A stretch of DNA of 64,000 nt from Pseudomonadota bacterium (GCA_023427085.1 JAEZBO010000241.1:256-64255); one strand, 5' to 3'; shown: positions 11,863 to 23,538, counted from the stretch's first letter. Notes: generated by a model not told the origin, from the sequence alone. A program made the numbers and translations.

Positions 11863-12747
11863 ATGGACACCATCGCATTCATCGGCCTGGGCAACATGGG
11901 AGCGCCGATGGCGCGCAACCTGGTGCGCGCCGGCTACCCGCTGCGCGTCTACGACCTGGCGCAGGCGACCCTGCAGGCGCTGGCCGCCGATGGCGCGCGG
12001 GCCTGCGCTTCGGCCCACGAGGCGGTCGACGGCGCGCAGATCGTCATCACGATGCTGCCGGCCAGCCGTCATGTCGAGAAGCTCTACATCGAGGACGACC
12101 TGATGGGCCACGTCGCGGCCGGCGCGCTGGTGATCGAGTGCAGCACCATCGCGCCGCTGTCGGCGCGCCGCGTGGCGCAGGCCGGCCAGCAGCGCGGCCT
12201 GACGGTGCTGGACGCACCGGTATCGGGCGGTACCAACGGCGCCGCCGCCGGCACGCTGACCTTCATCGTCGGCGGCGACGCGCAAGGCCTGGCCCGGGCC
12301 CGGCCGATCCTCGAAAAAATGGGCAAGAACATTTTCCATGCCGGCGACGCCGGGGCTGGCCAGGTCGCCAAGATCTGCAACAACATGCTGCTGGGCATCC
12401 TGATGGCCGGCACCAGCGAGGCGCTGGCGCTGGGCGTGGCCAACGGCCTGGATGCCAAGGTGCTGTCCGACATTATCGCCAAGAGCTCGGGCCGCAACTG
12501 GACCACCGAGGTTTACAACCCGTGGCCGGGCGTGATGGACAACGTGCCCGCGTCCAAGGGCTATGCCGGCGGCTTCGGCGTCGACCTGATGCTCAAGGAC
12601 CTGGGCCTGGCGGCCGAGGCGGCGATGGCCAGCGGCTCGGTGACGCCGCTGGGCGAGCTGGCGCGCAACCTGTACGCGCTGCACAGCGCGCAGGGCCACG
12701 GCGGCGAGGACTTCTCGGGCATCGTGCAGATGCTGCGCCGTGGCTGA
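11863..12747 (+). CDS. mmsB: 3-hydroxyisobutyrate dehydrogenase
   Basis: 294 aa. IAFIGLGNMGAPMA Rossmann start, DAPVSGG, and beta-hydroxyacid dehydrogenase signature. Follows the acd and ech genes. Confidence 0.85.
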   Translation: MDTIAFIGLGNMGAPMARNLVRAGYPLRVYDLAQATLQALAADGARACASAHEAVDGAQIVITMLPASRHVEKLYIEDDLMGHVAAGALVIECSTIAPLSARRVAQAGQQRGLTVLDAPVSGGTNGAAAGTLTFIVGGDAQGLARARPILEKMGKNIFHAGDAGAGQVAKICNNMLLGILMAGTSEALALGVANGLDAKVLSDIIAKSSGRNWTTEVYNPWPGVMDNVPASKGYAGGFGVDLMLKDLGLAAEAAMASGSVTPLGELARNLYALHSAQGHGGEDFSGIVQMLRRG

Positions 12748-13207
12748 CGCGCCGGCGGCGCCGCTCGAGGCCGCCGCGGCCCGCGAGGCGCGGGTGCGCG
12801 AGAGCTTCGGGCGCCAGCGCATCATGGACCTGTTCGGCGCGGCGCTGACCGGCGTGGGCGAGGGCAGCGTCGAGATCACGCTGCCGTTTCGCGCCGACCT
12901 GTGCCAGCACAACGGCTATGTGCACGCCGGCGTGTCGACCACCATCGCCGACAGCGCTGGCGGCTACGCGGCCTACAGCCTGTGCGCGCCCGGCGAGGAC
13001 GTGCTGACCAGCGAATTCAAGATGAATTTCCTGGCGCCGGCCGCTGGCGACGCCTTGCTGGCGCGCGGCCGCGTGCTCAAGGCCGGCTCGCGGCTGTTCG
13101 TCTGCCAGGTCGAGGTGCTGGCGCGCCAGGGCGAACGCGAGATCGCCTGCGTCGCCGGCCTGATGACGGTGGTGCGGATCGTGCCGCGGCCGGCGGCGGG
13201 CACCTGA
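12740..13207 (+). CDS. PaaI-family hotdog-fold thioesterase
   Basis: 155 aa with HNGYVHAGVSTTIADSAGGYAA motif. 8-nt overlap with mmsB. Confidence 0.75.
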   Translation: MADAPAAPLEAAAAREARVRESFGRQRIMDLFGAALTGVGEGSVEITLPFRADLCQHNGYVHAGVSTTIADSAGGYAAYSLCAPGEDVLTSEFKMNFLAPAAGDALLARGRVLKAGSRLFVCQVEVLARQGEREIACVAGLMTVVRIVPRPAAGT

Positions 13208-13217
13208 GCCTGCGCGC

Positions 13218-14195
13218 TCAGGACGGCTTGACCAGCGGGTAGGGCAGGGGTCCGACCGTGATCGACGGGCCGTCGGCGGCGCCAGCCCGCAGGTCGCGGC
13301 CTTCTAGCGCATCGAGCGGGGCTTCGAACAGCAGCGCGTTGCCGGCCAGATCGATGATGCGTCCGCAAGGCTCGTCGGGGCGCGCGCTGTCGTAGACATC
13401 GGCGCCCGCGGCCGGTTGCGGCGCGTCGCTGGCGACGTGGCCGTAGGCCATGCGGCGCTTGACGGTGCCGCGGTAGTGGCTGCGCGCGACGATTTCCTGG
13501 CCGGGGTAGCAGCCCTTGCCAAAACTGACACCGTCGATCAGGTCGAGGTTGACGGTCTGCGGGATGAACAGGTCCTGCGTTGCCGTGGCGATCCACGGCA
13601 GGCCGGCGGCCAGGTCGCCGCGCTGCCAGCCGGCCGGGTCCGACTGCGGCAGGCCCAGCGCGGCCCCCGCAGCCTGCTCGGCGGCCTGCACCTGCCCGGC
13701 GCTGGCGATCCACCACCAGCGGGCGACGCCGCTCGGACCGGCCGGCGCGGCGATCCAGGTGCCGCTGGGCAGCTCGCTGCGCTGCCACGGCAGCACGCCG
13801 AGCTCGCCGCCCAGCGGCTGCTGCAGGGCCTGGCGGGCGGCGGCGTCGGCCTGCACGCCGTGCACCGCCAGATCGCTCAGCGCCAGCGTGACCTTGGCCC
13901 GCAGCACGAACATGCGCAGGCGCCGGATCAGCGCTTCGGCCAGGTCGCGGCGCACCAGCAGGCAGACCGTGCCGTCGGCCGGCTGGGCATGCCACATGAC
14001 CAGCGTGGCCAGCAGCCGGCCCTTGGCGGTGCAATAACCGGCCAGCCGCGCGGCGCCCGGCCCCAGGCCGGTGACGTCGTGGGTCAGTTGGCCGTGCAGG
14101 AAGCTGGCGGCGTCGGCGCCGCTGACGCTGATCACCGCGTAGTCGGGCAAGGGCGCGAACAGGCTGGAGGAAATGTCGGAAACGGTGGTGGTCAT
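13218..14195 (-). CDS. ygfZ: Folate-binding tRNA-modification/Fe-S repair protein YgfZ
   Basis: ATG at 14195 (the ORF-track ORF extends to 14279). Aminomethyltransferase-like fold with the signature KGCYPGQEIVAR. Confidence 0.8.
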   Translation of the reverse strand: MTTTVSDISSSLFAPLPDYAVISVSGADAASFLHGQLTHDVTGLGPGAARLAGYCTAKGRLLATLVMWHAQPADGTVCLLVRRDLAEALIRRLRMFVLRAKVTLALSDLAVHGVQADAAARQALQQPLGGELGVLPWQRSELPSGTWIAAPAGPSGVARWWWIASAGQVQAAEQAAGAALGLPQSDPAGWQRGDLAAGLPWIATATQDLFIPQTVNLDLIDGVSFGKGCYPGQEIVARSHYRGTVKRRMAYGHVASDAPQPAAGADVYDSARPDEPCGRIIDLAGNALLFEAPLDALEGRDLRAGAADGPSITVGPLPYPLVKPS

Positions 14196-14299
14196 CGGCT
14201 TGCGGATATCGGGGGGCGCACAGGGACGCCGGGTTCCTGCATGATAACGCCGCCGGCGCCGCACCCCGCTCGCCATCATCCATTAAACTTGCGCCTCCT

Positions 14300-15310
14300 A
14301 TGAAGACACTGCGCATCCTCTTTCTGGCCGTCGTACTGCCGCTGGTGCTGGTGGCGGGCGGACTGACCGCCGCCGCCTGGTGGTGGGTCGAACGCCCGCT
14401 GGACCTGCCGGCCGAACGGGTCGACTTCGTCGTCGACCCCGGCAGCGGCCCCTATGCGGTCGCCCGCACGCTCAACCAGGCCGGCATCGCGGTCCATCCG
14501 CGCGCCTTCGCATGGCTGGCGCGGCTGAGCGAACGCGATACCTTGCTCAAGGCCGGCGGCTACGAAGCGCGCCAGGGCGACAGCGCCTGGACGCTGCTCG
14601 ACCGCATCGCCCGCGGCGAGATGAGCCAGCGCCAGCTGACGCTGGTCGAGGGCTGGTCGTATCGCCAGATCCGCGCGGCGCTGCGGGCCCATCCCGACGT
14701 CAAGCAGACGCTCGACGGGGTGTCCGACGCCGCGCTGCTCGAGCGCCTGTCGGTGCAGGCGCTCAATCCCGAAGGGCTGTTCTTTCCGGACACCTATGTG
14801 TTCACGCCCGGCACCAGCGACTACGAGCTGCTGCGCCAGGCCTACGCGGCCCAGCAGCGCGAGCTCGAGCAGGCCTGGGCCCAGCGCGACCCGGATCTGC
14901 CGCTGGCCACGCCCTACGAGGCGCTGATCCTGGCCTCGATCATCGAAAAAGAGACCGGCCACGGGCCCGAGCGCACGCGCGTGGGCGGCGTCTTCATCAA
15001 CCGGCTGCGCGTCGGCATGCTGCTGCAGACCGACCCGACCGTGATCTACGGCATGGGCGAGGCCTACCAGGGCCGGATCCGCAAGCGCGACCTGCAGACC
15101 GACACGCCCTGGAACACCTACACCCGTGCCGGCCTGCCGCCCACGCCGATCGCCAGCCCCGGCCGCGCCGCGCTGGTGGCGGCGGTACAGCCCGAAACGC
15201 ACAAGTTCTTCTATTTCGTCTCGCGCGGCGACGGCACCAGCCAGTTCTCCAACAACCTGGCCGAACACAATCGCGCCGTGGCGCGCTACATCCTCGGACG
15301 CAATCCATGA
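14300..15310 (+). CDS. mltG: Endolytic murein transglycosylase MltG (YceG family)
   Basis: 336 aa. N-terminal TM anchor and YceG motifs ([18 protein letters not shown]). Precedes tmk as in many proteobacteria. Confidence 0.9.
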   Translation: MKTLRILFLAVVLPLVLVAGGLTAAAWWWVERPLDLPAERVDFVVDPGSGPYAVARTLNQAGIAVHPRAFAWLARLSERDTLLKAGGYEARQGDSAWTLLDRIARGEMSQRQLTLVEGWSYRQIRAALRAHPDVKQTLDGVSDAALLERLSVQALNPEGLFFPDTYVFTPGTSDYELLRQAYAAQQRELEQAWAQRDPDLPLATPYEALILASIIEKETGHGPERTRVGGVFINRLRVGMLLQTDPTVIYGMGEAYQGRIRKRDLQTDTPWNTYTRAGLPPTPIASPGRAALVAAVQPETHKFFYFVSRGDGTSQFSNNLAEHNRAVARYILGRNP

Positions 15311-15933
15311 GCCGTGGCCTGTTCCTGACCCTCGAGGGCGTCGACGGCGCCGGCAAAAGCACCCATGTGCCGTGGATCGCCGAGCGGCTGCGCCAGGCCG
15401 GCCGCGACGTGCTGGTCACGCGCGAACCGGGCGGCACCGCGCTGGGCGAGCGCTTGCGCGACTGCCTGCTGGCCGAGCCGATGTCGCTGCGCACCGAGAC
15501 GCTGTTGATGTTCGCGGCACGCTGCGAGCACATCGAGCAGGTCATCGAGCCGGCGCTGGCGGCCGGGCGCTGGGTCCTGTGCGACCGCTACACCGATGCG
15601 ACCTACGCCTACCAGGGCGGCGGGCGTGAACTGGGCGAGGCGCCGATCGCCGTGCTCGAGCAGTGGGTCCATGCCGGCCTGCAGCCCGACCGTACCTGGC
15701 TGTTCGACGTGCCCCTGCAGGTCGCGCAGGCGCGCCGTTCGTCGGCGCGCGAGCCGGACCGCTTCGAGCGCGAGGCCGACGCCTTCTTCGAGCGCACCCG
15801 CGCGATGTACCGGCGGCGCGCCGAGCGCGAGCCGCGGCGGGTCATGGTGGTCGACGCCACGCATGACATCGAGACCATCCGCGTAGCGCTGGCCGGTGAC
15901 ATCCAGGCCTTGCTCGACGGAGCGCCCGCTTGA
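15307..15933 (+). CDS. tmk: Thymidylate kinase
   Basis: ATG at 15307 overlapping the mltG stop (ATGA). [15 protein letters not shown]-loop and [12 protein letters not shown]. Confidence 0.95.
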   Translation: MSRGLFLTLEGVDGAGKSTHVPWIAERLRQAGRDVLVTREPGGTALGERLRDCLLAEPMSLRTETLLMFAARCEHIEQVIEPALAAGRWVLCDRYTDATYAYQGGGRELGEAPIAVLEQWVHAGLQPDRTWLFDVPLQVAQARRSSAREPDRFEREADAFFERTRAMYRRRAEREPRRVMVVDATHDIETIRVALAGDIQALLDGAPA

Positions 15934-17003
15934 GCGATACCGCCATCGCCATGCCGGCCTTCCTGCCGTGGCAGCGCCAGATCGCCCAACAGTGGCTCGG
16001 TCAGCGCGAACGGTTCGCGCACGCCTGGCTGCTGCATGGCATGGCCGGCATCGGCAAGGTCGATTTTGCCAATGCCGCGGCCGCCAGCCTGCTGTGCGAG
16101 CAGCCGGCACACGGCCTGGCCTGCGGCGCCTGCCCGGCCTGCCTGTGGTTCGCGCGCGGCAACCATCCCGACCTGCGCCGCATCCGGCCCGAGACCGTGG
16201 CGCTCGAGGAGGGCGCCGAGGCGGCCGCCGATGGCGACGAGGCGCCGGCCGCCGACAGCGCGTCGGCATCGACCGCCAAGCGCGCGCCGTCGAAGGAAAT
16301 CCGCATCGACCAGGTACGTGCGCTGGAGTCGTGGTTCAACACCGGCACGCACCGGGGCGGCTGGCGCGTCGCGCTGGTCTATCCGGCCCATGCGCTGAAC
16401 GTGGTGTCGGCCAACGCACTGCTCAAGGTGCTCGAAGAGCCGCCGGCGCACACGGTTTTCCTGCTGGTCACCGACGCGCCCGACCGCTTGCTGCCGACCC
16501 TGGTGTCGCGCTGCCGCCGGCTGCCCTTGCCGGCGCCGCCGGCCGAGCAGGCGCTGGACTGGCTGACGCAACAGGAGATCGCCGATGCGCCGGCCTGGCT
16601 GGCCGCCGCCGGTGGCGCGCCGCTGGCGGCGCAACGCCTGTCGCAACAGCGCGAGTCGGCCTGTCCCGACTGGCTGCAGGCGACCTGGCGGCAACTGGCC
16701 CAGGGCCAGTCGCCCGACCTGGGCCAACTGGTCGAGACGCTGGAGAAGGTGCCGGCCGGCCCCTGGCTGGATCTGCTGCAGCGCGCGATGACCGACCTGA
16801 TGTTCATCGGCGCCGGCGCCGCCCCGCGTTATTTCCCGCAACTGGCCCAGGCCGGCGGCAAGATCGTCGCGCGCGCCCGCCGCGAGCAGATCTCCGACAC
16901 GGGGCGCTGGCTGGCGCAGCAGCAACGGCTGGCCACGCACCCGCTCAACGCCAAGCTGTTCGTGCACGCCAGCCTGCAGCGGGTGGTGCTATCCTGCCTT
17001 TGA
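15930..17003 (+). CDS. holB: DNA polymerase III delta-prime subunit
   Basis: TTG at 15930 with GGAG 7 nt upstream, overlapping the tmk stop (alternative ATG at 15951). [12 protein letters not shown], the zinc-module CGACPAC, and LKVLEEPP. Confidence 0.85.
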   Translation: MSDTAIAMPAFLPWQRQIAQQWLGQRERFAHAWLLHGMAGIGKVDFANAAAASLLCEQPAHGLACGACPACLWFARGNHPDLRRIRPETVALEEGAEAAADGDEAPAADSASASTAKRAPSKEIRIDQVRALESWFNTGTHRGGWRVALVYPAHALNVVSANALLKVLEEPPAHTVFLLVTDAPDRLLPTLVSRCRRLPLPAPPAEQALDWLTQQEIADAPAWLAAAGGAPLAAQRLSQQRESACPDWLQATWRQLAQGQSPDLGQLVETLEKVPAGPWLDLLQRAMTDLMFIGAGAAPRYFPQLAQAGGKIVARARREQISDTGRWLAQQQRLATHPLNAKLFVHASLQRVVLSCL

Positions 17004-17113
17004 GGCCGCGCGCCCGCCCGTAGCGCTCCGCCCGCGGGCGCCGCTGCCGCCGTTTCATCCATTTTCGCCCGGGCCCGTCCGCACGTGTCCGGGCCTCGTG
17101 CTTCCCGCCTGTC

Positions 17114-17896
17114 ATGTACGTCGATTCACACTGCCACATCAATTTCCCCGAACTGGCCGCCAACGTGCCGGATATCTTTGCCCGCATGGACGCCAACGCA
17201 GTCACGCAGGCGCTCTGCGTCAGCGTCAACCTCGACGACTGGCCCGGCCTGATCGCGCTGGTCGAGCGCCACGAGCGCCTGTGGGGCTCGGTCGGCGTGC
17301 ACCCCGACTACGAGGACACGCCGGAACCCACCGTCGAGCGCCTGGTCGAACTGTCGGCACATCCCAAGGTCGTGGCGATCGGCGAGACCGGCCTGGACTA
17401 TTACCGGCTCGAAGGCGATCTCGACTGGCAGCGCGAACGCTTCCGCACCCACATCCGTGCCGCGCGTGCCACCGGCTTGCCGCTGATCATCCATACCCGG
17501 TCAGCCGCCGACGACACCTTGCGCCTGATGCAGGAAGAAGGCGCCGGCCAGGCGGGCGGCGTGATGCACTGTTTCACCGAGTCCTGGGACGTCGCGCAGG
17601 CGGCGATGGAGCAGGGCTTCTATATCTCGCTGTCCGGCATCGTGACGTTCAAGAACGCCACCCAGCTGCACGAGGTGGCCAGCCGCATGCCGCTCGAGCG
17701 TCTGCTGATCGAGACCGACTCGCCGTACCTGGCGCCGGTGCCGTATCGCGGCAAGCTGAACGATCCGTCCAAGGTGGTGCACGTGGCCGAGAAGATCGCC
17801 GAACTCAAAGGTGTGCCGCTGGCCACCGTCGCGGCCGCGACGACGGATAATTTCTTCAATTTATTCAATAAGATAAAACGTAAAGTTGAGGATTAA
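17114..17896 (+). CDS. tatD: TatD-family metal-dependent hydrolase
   Basis: 260 aa. DSHCH start, AIGETGLDYY, IHTR, and ETDSPYL motifs. Confidence 0.9.
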   Translation: MYVDSHCHINFPELAANVPDIFARMDANAVTQALCVSVNLDDWPGLIALVERHERLWGSVGVHPDYEDTPEPTVERLVELSAHPKVVAIGETGLDYYRLEGDLDWQRERFRTHIRAARATGLPLIIHTRSAADDTLRLMQEEGAGQAGGVMHCFTESWDVAQAAMEQGFYISLSGIVTFKNATQLHEVASRMPLERLLIETDSPYLAPVPYRGKLNDPSKVVHVAEKIAELKGVPLATVAAATTDNFFNLFNKIKRKVED

Positions 17897-18558
17897 TGTT
17901 TAAAGTAAATTATTTAAAGTATTTTCTCGCTGGAATGCTGCTGCTGCAGGCCGGCGCCGCCCTGGCCGCCGACCGCGACTGGTGGCTGGACATCCGCAAC
18001 GACCGCGCCGCCGCGGTCGAGCGGGGCCTGCGCGACGGCATCGACCCGAATTCGCGCAATGAGACCGGCGAGCCGGCGCTGATGCAAGCGGTGCGAGAAG
18101 ACTCCTGGAAGGCCTTCGACGTGCTGCTCGCCGATCGCCGCACCGACGTCAACATCCTCAACGGCATGCAGGAAACGCCGTTGATGTACACGGCGCTGCA
18201 AGGCCAGCTCGAGCGCAGCAAGGCGCTGGTCGCCCGCGGCGCGCAGATCAACAAGCTGGGCTGGGCTCCGCTGCACTATGCCGCCGCCAAGGGCCAGACC
18301 GAGGTCGCCGCGTGGCTGGTGCAGCAGGGCGCCATCGTCAACGCGCCGGCGCCGGACGGCACTTCGCCGCTGATGATGGCAATGCGCGCCAACAGCAGCT
18401 CGGTGGCCCAGCTGCTGATCGAAGCGGGCGGCGACCCCAGCCAGCGCAACCTGAATGGCGATGACGCGATCTCGATGGCGCGGGCCTATGGCAATACCCG
18501 GCTGGCAGCGGCACTCGAGCAGGTGGTGCGCGAGCGCCGCCAAGCAGGGCCCAGATAA
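17896..18558 (+). CDS. Exported ankyrin-repeat protein
   Basis: 220 aa. Signal peptide (LLLQAGAALA) followed by ankyrin repeats (TPLMYTALQG, WAPLHYAAAKGQTEVAAWLVQQGA, TSPLMMAM). The start shares one nt with the tatD stop (TAATG). Confidence 0.8.
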   Translation: MFKVNYLKYFLAGMLLLQAGAALAADRDWWLDIRNDRAAAVERGLRDGIDPNSRNETGEPALMQAVREDSWKAFDVLLADRRTDVNILNGMQETPLMYTALQGQLERSKALVARGAQINKLGWAPLHYAAAKGQTEVAAWLVQQGAIVNAPAPDGTSPLMMAMRANSSSVAQLLIEAGGDPSQRNLNGDDAISMARAYGNTRLAAALEQVVRERRQAGPR

Positions 18559-18658
18559 TGTGTCCCTATTAATTTAATATACGAAAAAATGGGGACGCGT
18601 CTGGGAAAACAGTGACACCCGATCCTACAATGGTGAATCGCAACCGAATGGAGTCCTC

Positions 18659-19948
<1,290 letters not shown>

Positions 19949-19968
19949 GCCGTACCGGGCGCGGCCGA

Positions 19969-20808
19969 TCAGGCCGCGTCGAGGAAGTCCAGCACGGCGG
20001 TGTTGAAGGCGCGCGGGTGCGCCAGATTCATGCCGTGGCTGGCACCCGCGATCTCGACCACCCGCGCTTGCGGCAAGGCGCGGCCCAGCGCATCGACAGT
20101 GCGCTGGAACCGCAGCCGGCTGCGCTGGCCCTTGACCAGCAGTGCCGGCAGGTCCAGCGCCGCGAGCTGCTCGAGGTCGTAGCCGGGCAGCGGGTCGTCC
20201 AATTGCCCCGGCAGCGTCTGCGCATTGTCCAGCGCCATGCGGCGAAAATCGGCCGGGCTCTGGGCCCACGACCCCGGCCGGCTGACCGCGTCGACGAACT
20301 CGCCCACCGCCTGGTCCAGCTCGCCGACCGCGACCCGTTCGCACAGCTGCGTCTTCCAGACCTGCAGTTTGGCCTGGGCGGCCGGATCGGCGCCCGGGCC
20401 GTCGCCGACCTCGCCGCCGGGTTCGGCCAGGATCAAGCGCCGCACCCGCCGCGGCGCCGCCAGCGCAAGCTGGTACGCGATCGCGCCGCCGCGCGAATGC
20501 CCCATCAGGTCGACCGGTGCGTCCGGGCTGAGGTGGTCGATCAGCGCCAGCATGTCGCGCACGTCGCGGCGCCAGTCCAGCGGGCCGAGTACTGGCAGGG
20601 GATGGTAGTGCCGCAGGCTGGGCGCACAGACCTCGCGCACCGCCGCCAGCGCGCGCATTTGCGGTTGCCAGTAGCGCGCGTCGCACAGCGAGCCATGGAT
20701 CATCAACAGCAGGCGGCCCTGGCCGCGCCGCAGCAGCGCCAGTTCGGTGTCGTCGGGCAGGCGCAGGCGTTCGAAGCCGTCTGCGCTGGCGGGATCAGGG
20801 GTGCTCAC
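19969..20808 (-). CDS. Alpha/beta-fold hydrolase
   Basis: 279 aa. HGSLCDARYW and nucleophile elbow MGHSRGG. Confidence 0.7.
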   Translation of the reverse strand: MSTPDPASADGFERLRLPDDTELALLRRGQGRLLLMIHGSLCDARYWQPQMRALAAVREVCAPSLRHYHPLPVLGPLDWRRDVRDMLALIDHLSPDAPVDLMGHSRGGAIAYQLALAAPRRVRRLILAEPGGEVGDGPGADPAAQAKLQVWKTQLCERVAVGELDQAVGEFVDAVSRPGSWAQSPADFRRMALDNAQTLPGQLDDPLPGYDLEQLAALDLPALLVKGQRSRLRFQRTVDALGRALPQARVVEIAGASHGMNLAHPRAFNTAVLDFLDAA

Positions 20809-20828
20809 GTGGGTGTCCCGGTGTCAGG

Positions 20829-21632
20829 CTAGGAAGCCGGCAGGTAAGCCGGGCGCAGGATGCCGCGCAACTGCGCGTACGGGATGGTCAGTTCGGGCTG
20901 CCCATGTGAATACGGCGCGATCACATAGACGTCGTACTTGACGATCAGGCCGTCGGGGCCCAGTGCGACGTTGTCGGTGGGGGCGAACGGCCACATCTTG
21001 GCGTAGGCGGCCGGGTCACGCCGGGCGTCGGCGTTGCCTTCGAGCCAGGCCGCATGGGCGCGCGTCAGCGCCTCGACGAATTGGGGCTGGCGGCCGGGTT
21101 CGAGCAGGTCGCCCAGCGTCAGCACCCGGCCGGCCTGGCGATCCCAGTTCAGGTAGCGCGTGGCCGGAATGCCGTGCGCGCCACCGGTATAGACGCCGCT
21201 GATCAGCTCGACCACCGCCAGCGACGGCGTCTGCCGCGTCACCCGCGCGCGCAGCACGGTGTTCTCGCCGCTGCGGGCGGTGCGCCAGTAATACTGTTCG
21301 AACTCCTCCAGCGTGCGGTAGGGATGCACGATGTTGGTGTCGAGCCCGGTCATCGCCGCCAGCGACTCGTCGACCAGCGCCGTCAGGCGCCGCTCGTCCG
21401 GGAACGCGACGCTGTCCAGGTCGATGTAGGGGCACTCTGCACCGCGGCAACCAGGCTGCGTGCGTTTGTACTGGATGCGCTGGGTGCGCAGATCGCTCGC
21501 TTGCGCCGGTGCATTGGCGGCGGCGCCCGGGCCGGGCAAGGTGATGTTGGCGGGCGGCGAACTGCCGCAGCCGGCCAGCGCCAGCAGCAGGGCGGCGCAG
21601 GGCAGGGCGGCCGCGCGATTGAAGCGAGTCAT
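20829..21632 (-). CDS. Lipoprotein with DUF3298/DUF4163-like (RsiV-type) domains
   Basis: 267 aa. Lipobox LALAGCGS and SGVYTGGAHGI motif characteristic of DUF3298. Confidence 0.6.
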   Translation of the reverse strand: MTRFNRAAALPCAALLLALAGCGSSPPANITLPGPGAAANAPAQASDLRTQRIQYKRTQPGCRGAECPYIDLDSVAFPDERRLTALVDESLAAMTGLDTNIVHPYRTLEEFEQYYWRTARSGENTVLRARVTRQTPSLAVVELISGVYTGGAHGIPATRYLNWDRQAGRVLTLGDLLEPGRQPQFVEALTRAHAAWLEGNADARRDPAAYAKMWPFAPTDNVALGPDGLIVKYDVYVIAPYSHGQPELTIPYAQLRGILRPAYLPAS

Positions 21633-21662
21633 GGATATCCTTGGCTGAGGGCGGCGTGCCGT

Positions 21663-22493
21663 TTACGGCACCTGCGCGGTCCATTCGGCCGTCGCGAACT
21701 TCTCGTCGGCCTGGACCCGCGCCAGCGCGCGCTCGTGGTCGGTGATGCGGCCGGGCGTCAGGCCGTGCTCTTGCTCGAACACCGCTAGCATGTGTTCGAT
21801 GATCCGGGCGCGCGGCATGCCGGTCTGGCTGCGCAGCGGATCGACGCGTTTCTTGGCGCTGGCGATGCCTTTGTCCGACAGTTTTTCCTTGCCGATGCGC
21901 AGTACCTCGGTCATCTTGTCGGCGTCGATGTCGTAGGACAGCGTGGCATGGTGCAACACCGCCTTGCCACGGCGGGCCTGCGCCGCACCGCCGATCTTGC
22001 CGCTCTCCGAGGCGATGTCATTGAGAGGCTGATACCAGGCCCGCAGCCCCAGCCCGGCCAGCGCCTTGATGACCCAGGCATCCAGATAGGCATAGGACTC
22101 GGCAAAGGACATGCCCTGCACCAGCGACTGGGGCGCGCACAGCGAGTAGGTGATGGTGTTGCCTGGCTCGACGAACATCGCACCGCCGCCACTGACGCGC
22201 CGCACCACCGTCACGCCGTGGCGCTGCGCGCCCAGCGGGTCGACCTCGTTGCGCAGTGACTGGAAGCGGCCGATGATGACCGCCGGCGCGGCCCATTCCC
22301 AGATCCGCAGCGAGGCCGGCCGGCGGCCCGCGCCGACCTCGTCGGCCAGCACGGCGTCCAGCGCCATGTGCATGCTGGGCACTTCGGGGCCTTCGTTGAG
22401 CAGTTGCCAGTCATGGTCGCGCCACTGGCTGCGGCCAGGGACCGCCGCGGTATCGGTCGCGGCGACGGCGGGCGAGGGTGGCGCCGCGCTCAT
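21663..22493 (-). CDS. lplA: Lipoate-protein ligase catalytic (BPL/LPL) domain protein
   Basis: 276 aa. VVRRVSGGGAMFVEPGN and catalytic-lysine region SGKIGGAAQ. Lacks the LplA C-terminal accessory domain. Confidence 0.8.
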   Translation of the reverse strand: MSAAPPSPAVAATDTAAVPGRSQWRDHDWQLLNEGPEVPSMHMALDAVLADEVGAGRRPASLRIWEWAAPAVIIGRFQSLRNEVDPLGAQRHGVTVVRRVSGGGAMFVEPGNTITYSLCAPQSLVQGMSFAESYAYLDAWVIKALAGLGLRAWYQPLNDIASESGKIGGAAQARRGKAVLHHATLSYDIDADKMTEVLRIGKEKLSDKGIASAKKRVDPLRSQTGMPRARIIEHMLAVFEQEHGLTPGRITDHERALARVQADEKFATAEWTAQVP

Positions 22494-22765
22494 GCCAGCG
22501 CCCTGCGGATCGCGACCGCGACGGCCTCGGCCGAGAAGCCGAACATCTCGACGTCCTTGGGCAGGGCCAGCTGGATCGCCAGCGCGATCTCGGTCTCACT
22601 GGCATCGGCCGCCAGGCCTTCGAGCGCGGCGTCGATCTGCGCCAGCGCCTCGGGCGGCTCGAGGAAAAAGTCGCCGCTGATCTGGACGCGCGTCAGCTTG
22701 CCGTCGTCGACCTCGAGGTCGGCGACCACCAGCTTGCCGCCGGGTACCTTGAATTCACCGTGCAT
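22490..22765 (-). CDS. Stand-alone lipoate-protein ligase accessory (LplA C-terminal-type) domain protein, LplB-like
   Basis: 91 aa from ATG at 22765 (the ORF-track ORF extends to 23242). KVPGGKLVVADLEVDDGKLTRVQISGDFFLEP resembles the LplA C-terminal domain. 4-nt ATGA overlap with the catalytic gene. Confidence 0.65.
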   Translation of the reverse strand: MHGEFKVPGGKLVVADLEVDDGKLTRVQISGDFFLEPPEALAQIDAALEGLAADASETEIALAIQLALPKDVEMFGFSAEAVAVAIRRALA

Positions 22766-22836
22766 GTCGTTGTCTGCCTGCTGCTGTCTGGAGGATGGGC
22801 CGGGGCGGGTATGCCCCGGGCGGGTCCGGGTCGGGC

Positions 22837-23538
22837 TCAGCGCCGCTGGGTCTGGGCCGATTGGCCGAACAGGATGCGGCGCGACTCGTCGTCGCTGACC
22901 GACGGCTGCTGGTTGATCTCGTCGGCGCGGGCGTAGGCACGCTGCGTGGCCGGCCGCGCGGCGATCGCCTCGAACCAGCGCTTCAGGTGCGGGAAGTCGG
23001 CGAGGTCCTGCAACTGCCGCTCGTGCGGCACGATCCACGGATAGCACGCCATGTCGGCGATCGAATAATCGCCGGTGATGAACTCGCGATCGGCCAGCCG
23101 GCGGTCGAGCACGCCGTAGAGCCGACCGGTCTCGCGCACGTAGCGGTCGATGGCGTAGGGGATCTTTTCCTGCGCGTAGGTCTGGAAATGGTGGTTCTGG
23201 CCGGCCATCGGCCCCAGGCCGCCCATCTGCCAGAACAGCCACTGCAGCGTGTCGGCGCGGCCGCGCGGATCGCTCGGAATGAACTGGTGGGTCTTGTCGG
23301 CCAGGTACAGCAGGATCGCACCCGACTCGAACAGCGGGATCGGCGCCTGGCCATCGCCTGGCTCGTGATCGACGATGGCCGGGATGCGGTTGTTCGGCGC
23401 GACCGCCAGGAACTCGGGGGCGAACTGCTCGCCGCGGCCGATGTTGATCGGCAGCAGCCGGTAGGGCAGGCCGGTCTCTTCGAGAAACAGCGTGATCTTG
23501 TGGCCGTTGGGGGTGGTCCAGTAATACAGGTCGATCAT
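22837..23538 (-). CDS. yfcG: Nu-class glutathione S-transferase / GSH-dependent disulfide reductase (YfcG-like)
   Basis: 233 aa. MIDLYYWTTPNGHKITLFLEE... and LQWLFWQMGGLGPMAGQNHHF closely track my recollection of E. coli YfcG. Confidence 0.8.
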   Translation of the reverse strand: MIDLYYWTTPNGHKITLFLEETGLPYRLLPINIGRGEQFAPEFLAVAPNNRIPAIVDHEPGDGQAPIPLFESGAILLYLADKTHQFIPSDPRGRADTLQWLFWQMGGLGPMAGQNHHFQTYAQEKIPYAIDRYVRETGRLYGVLDRRLADREFITGDYSIADMACYPWIVPHERQLQDLADFPHLKRWFEAIAARPATQRAYARADEINQQPSVSDDESRRILFGQSAQTQRR

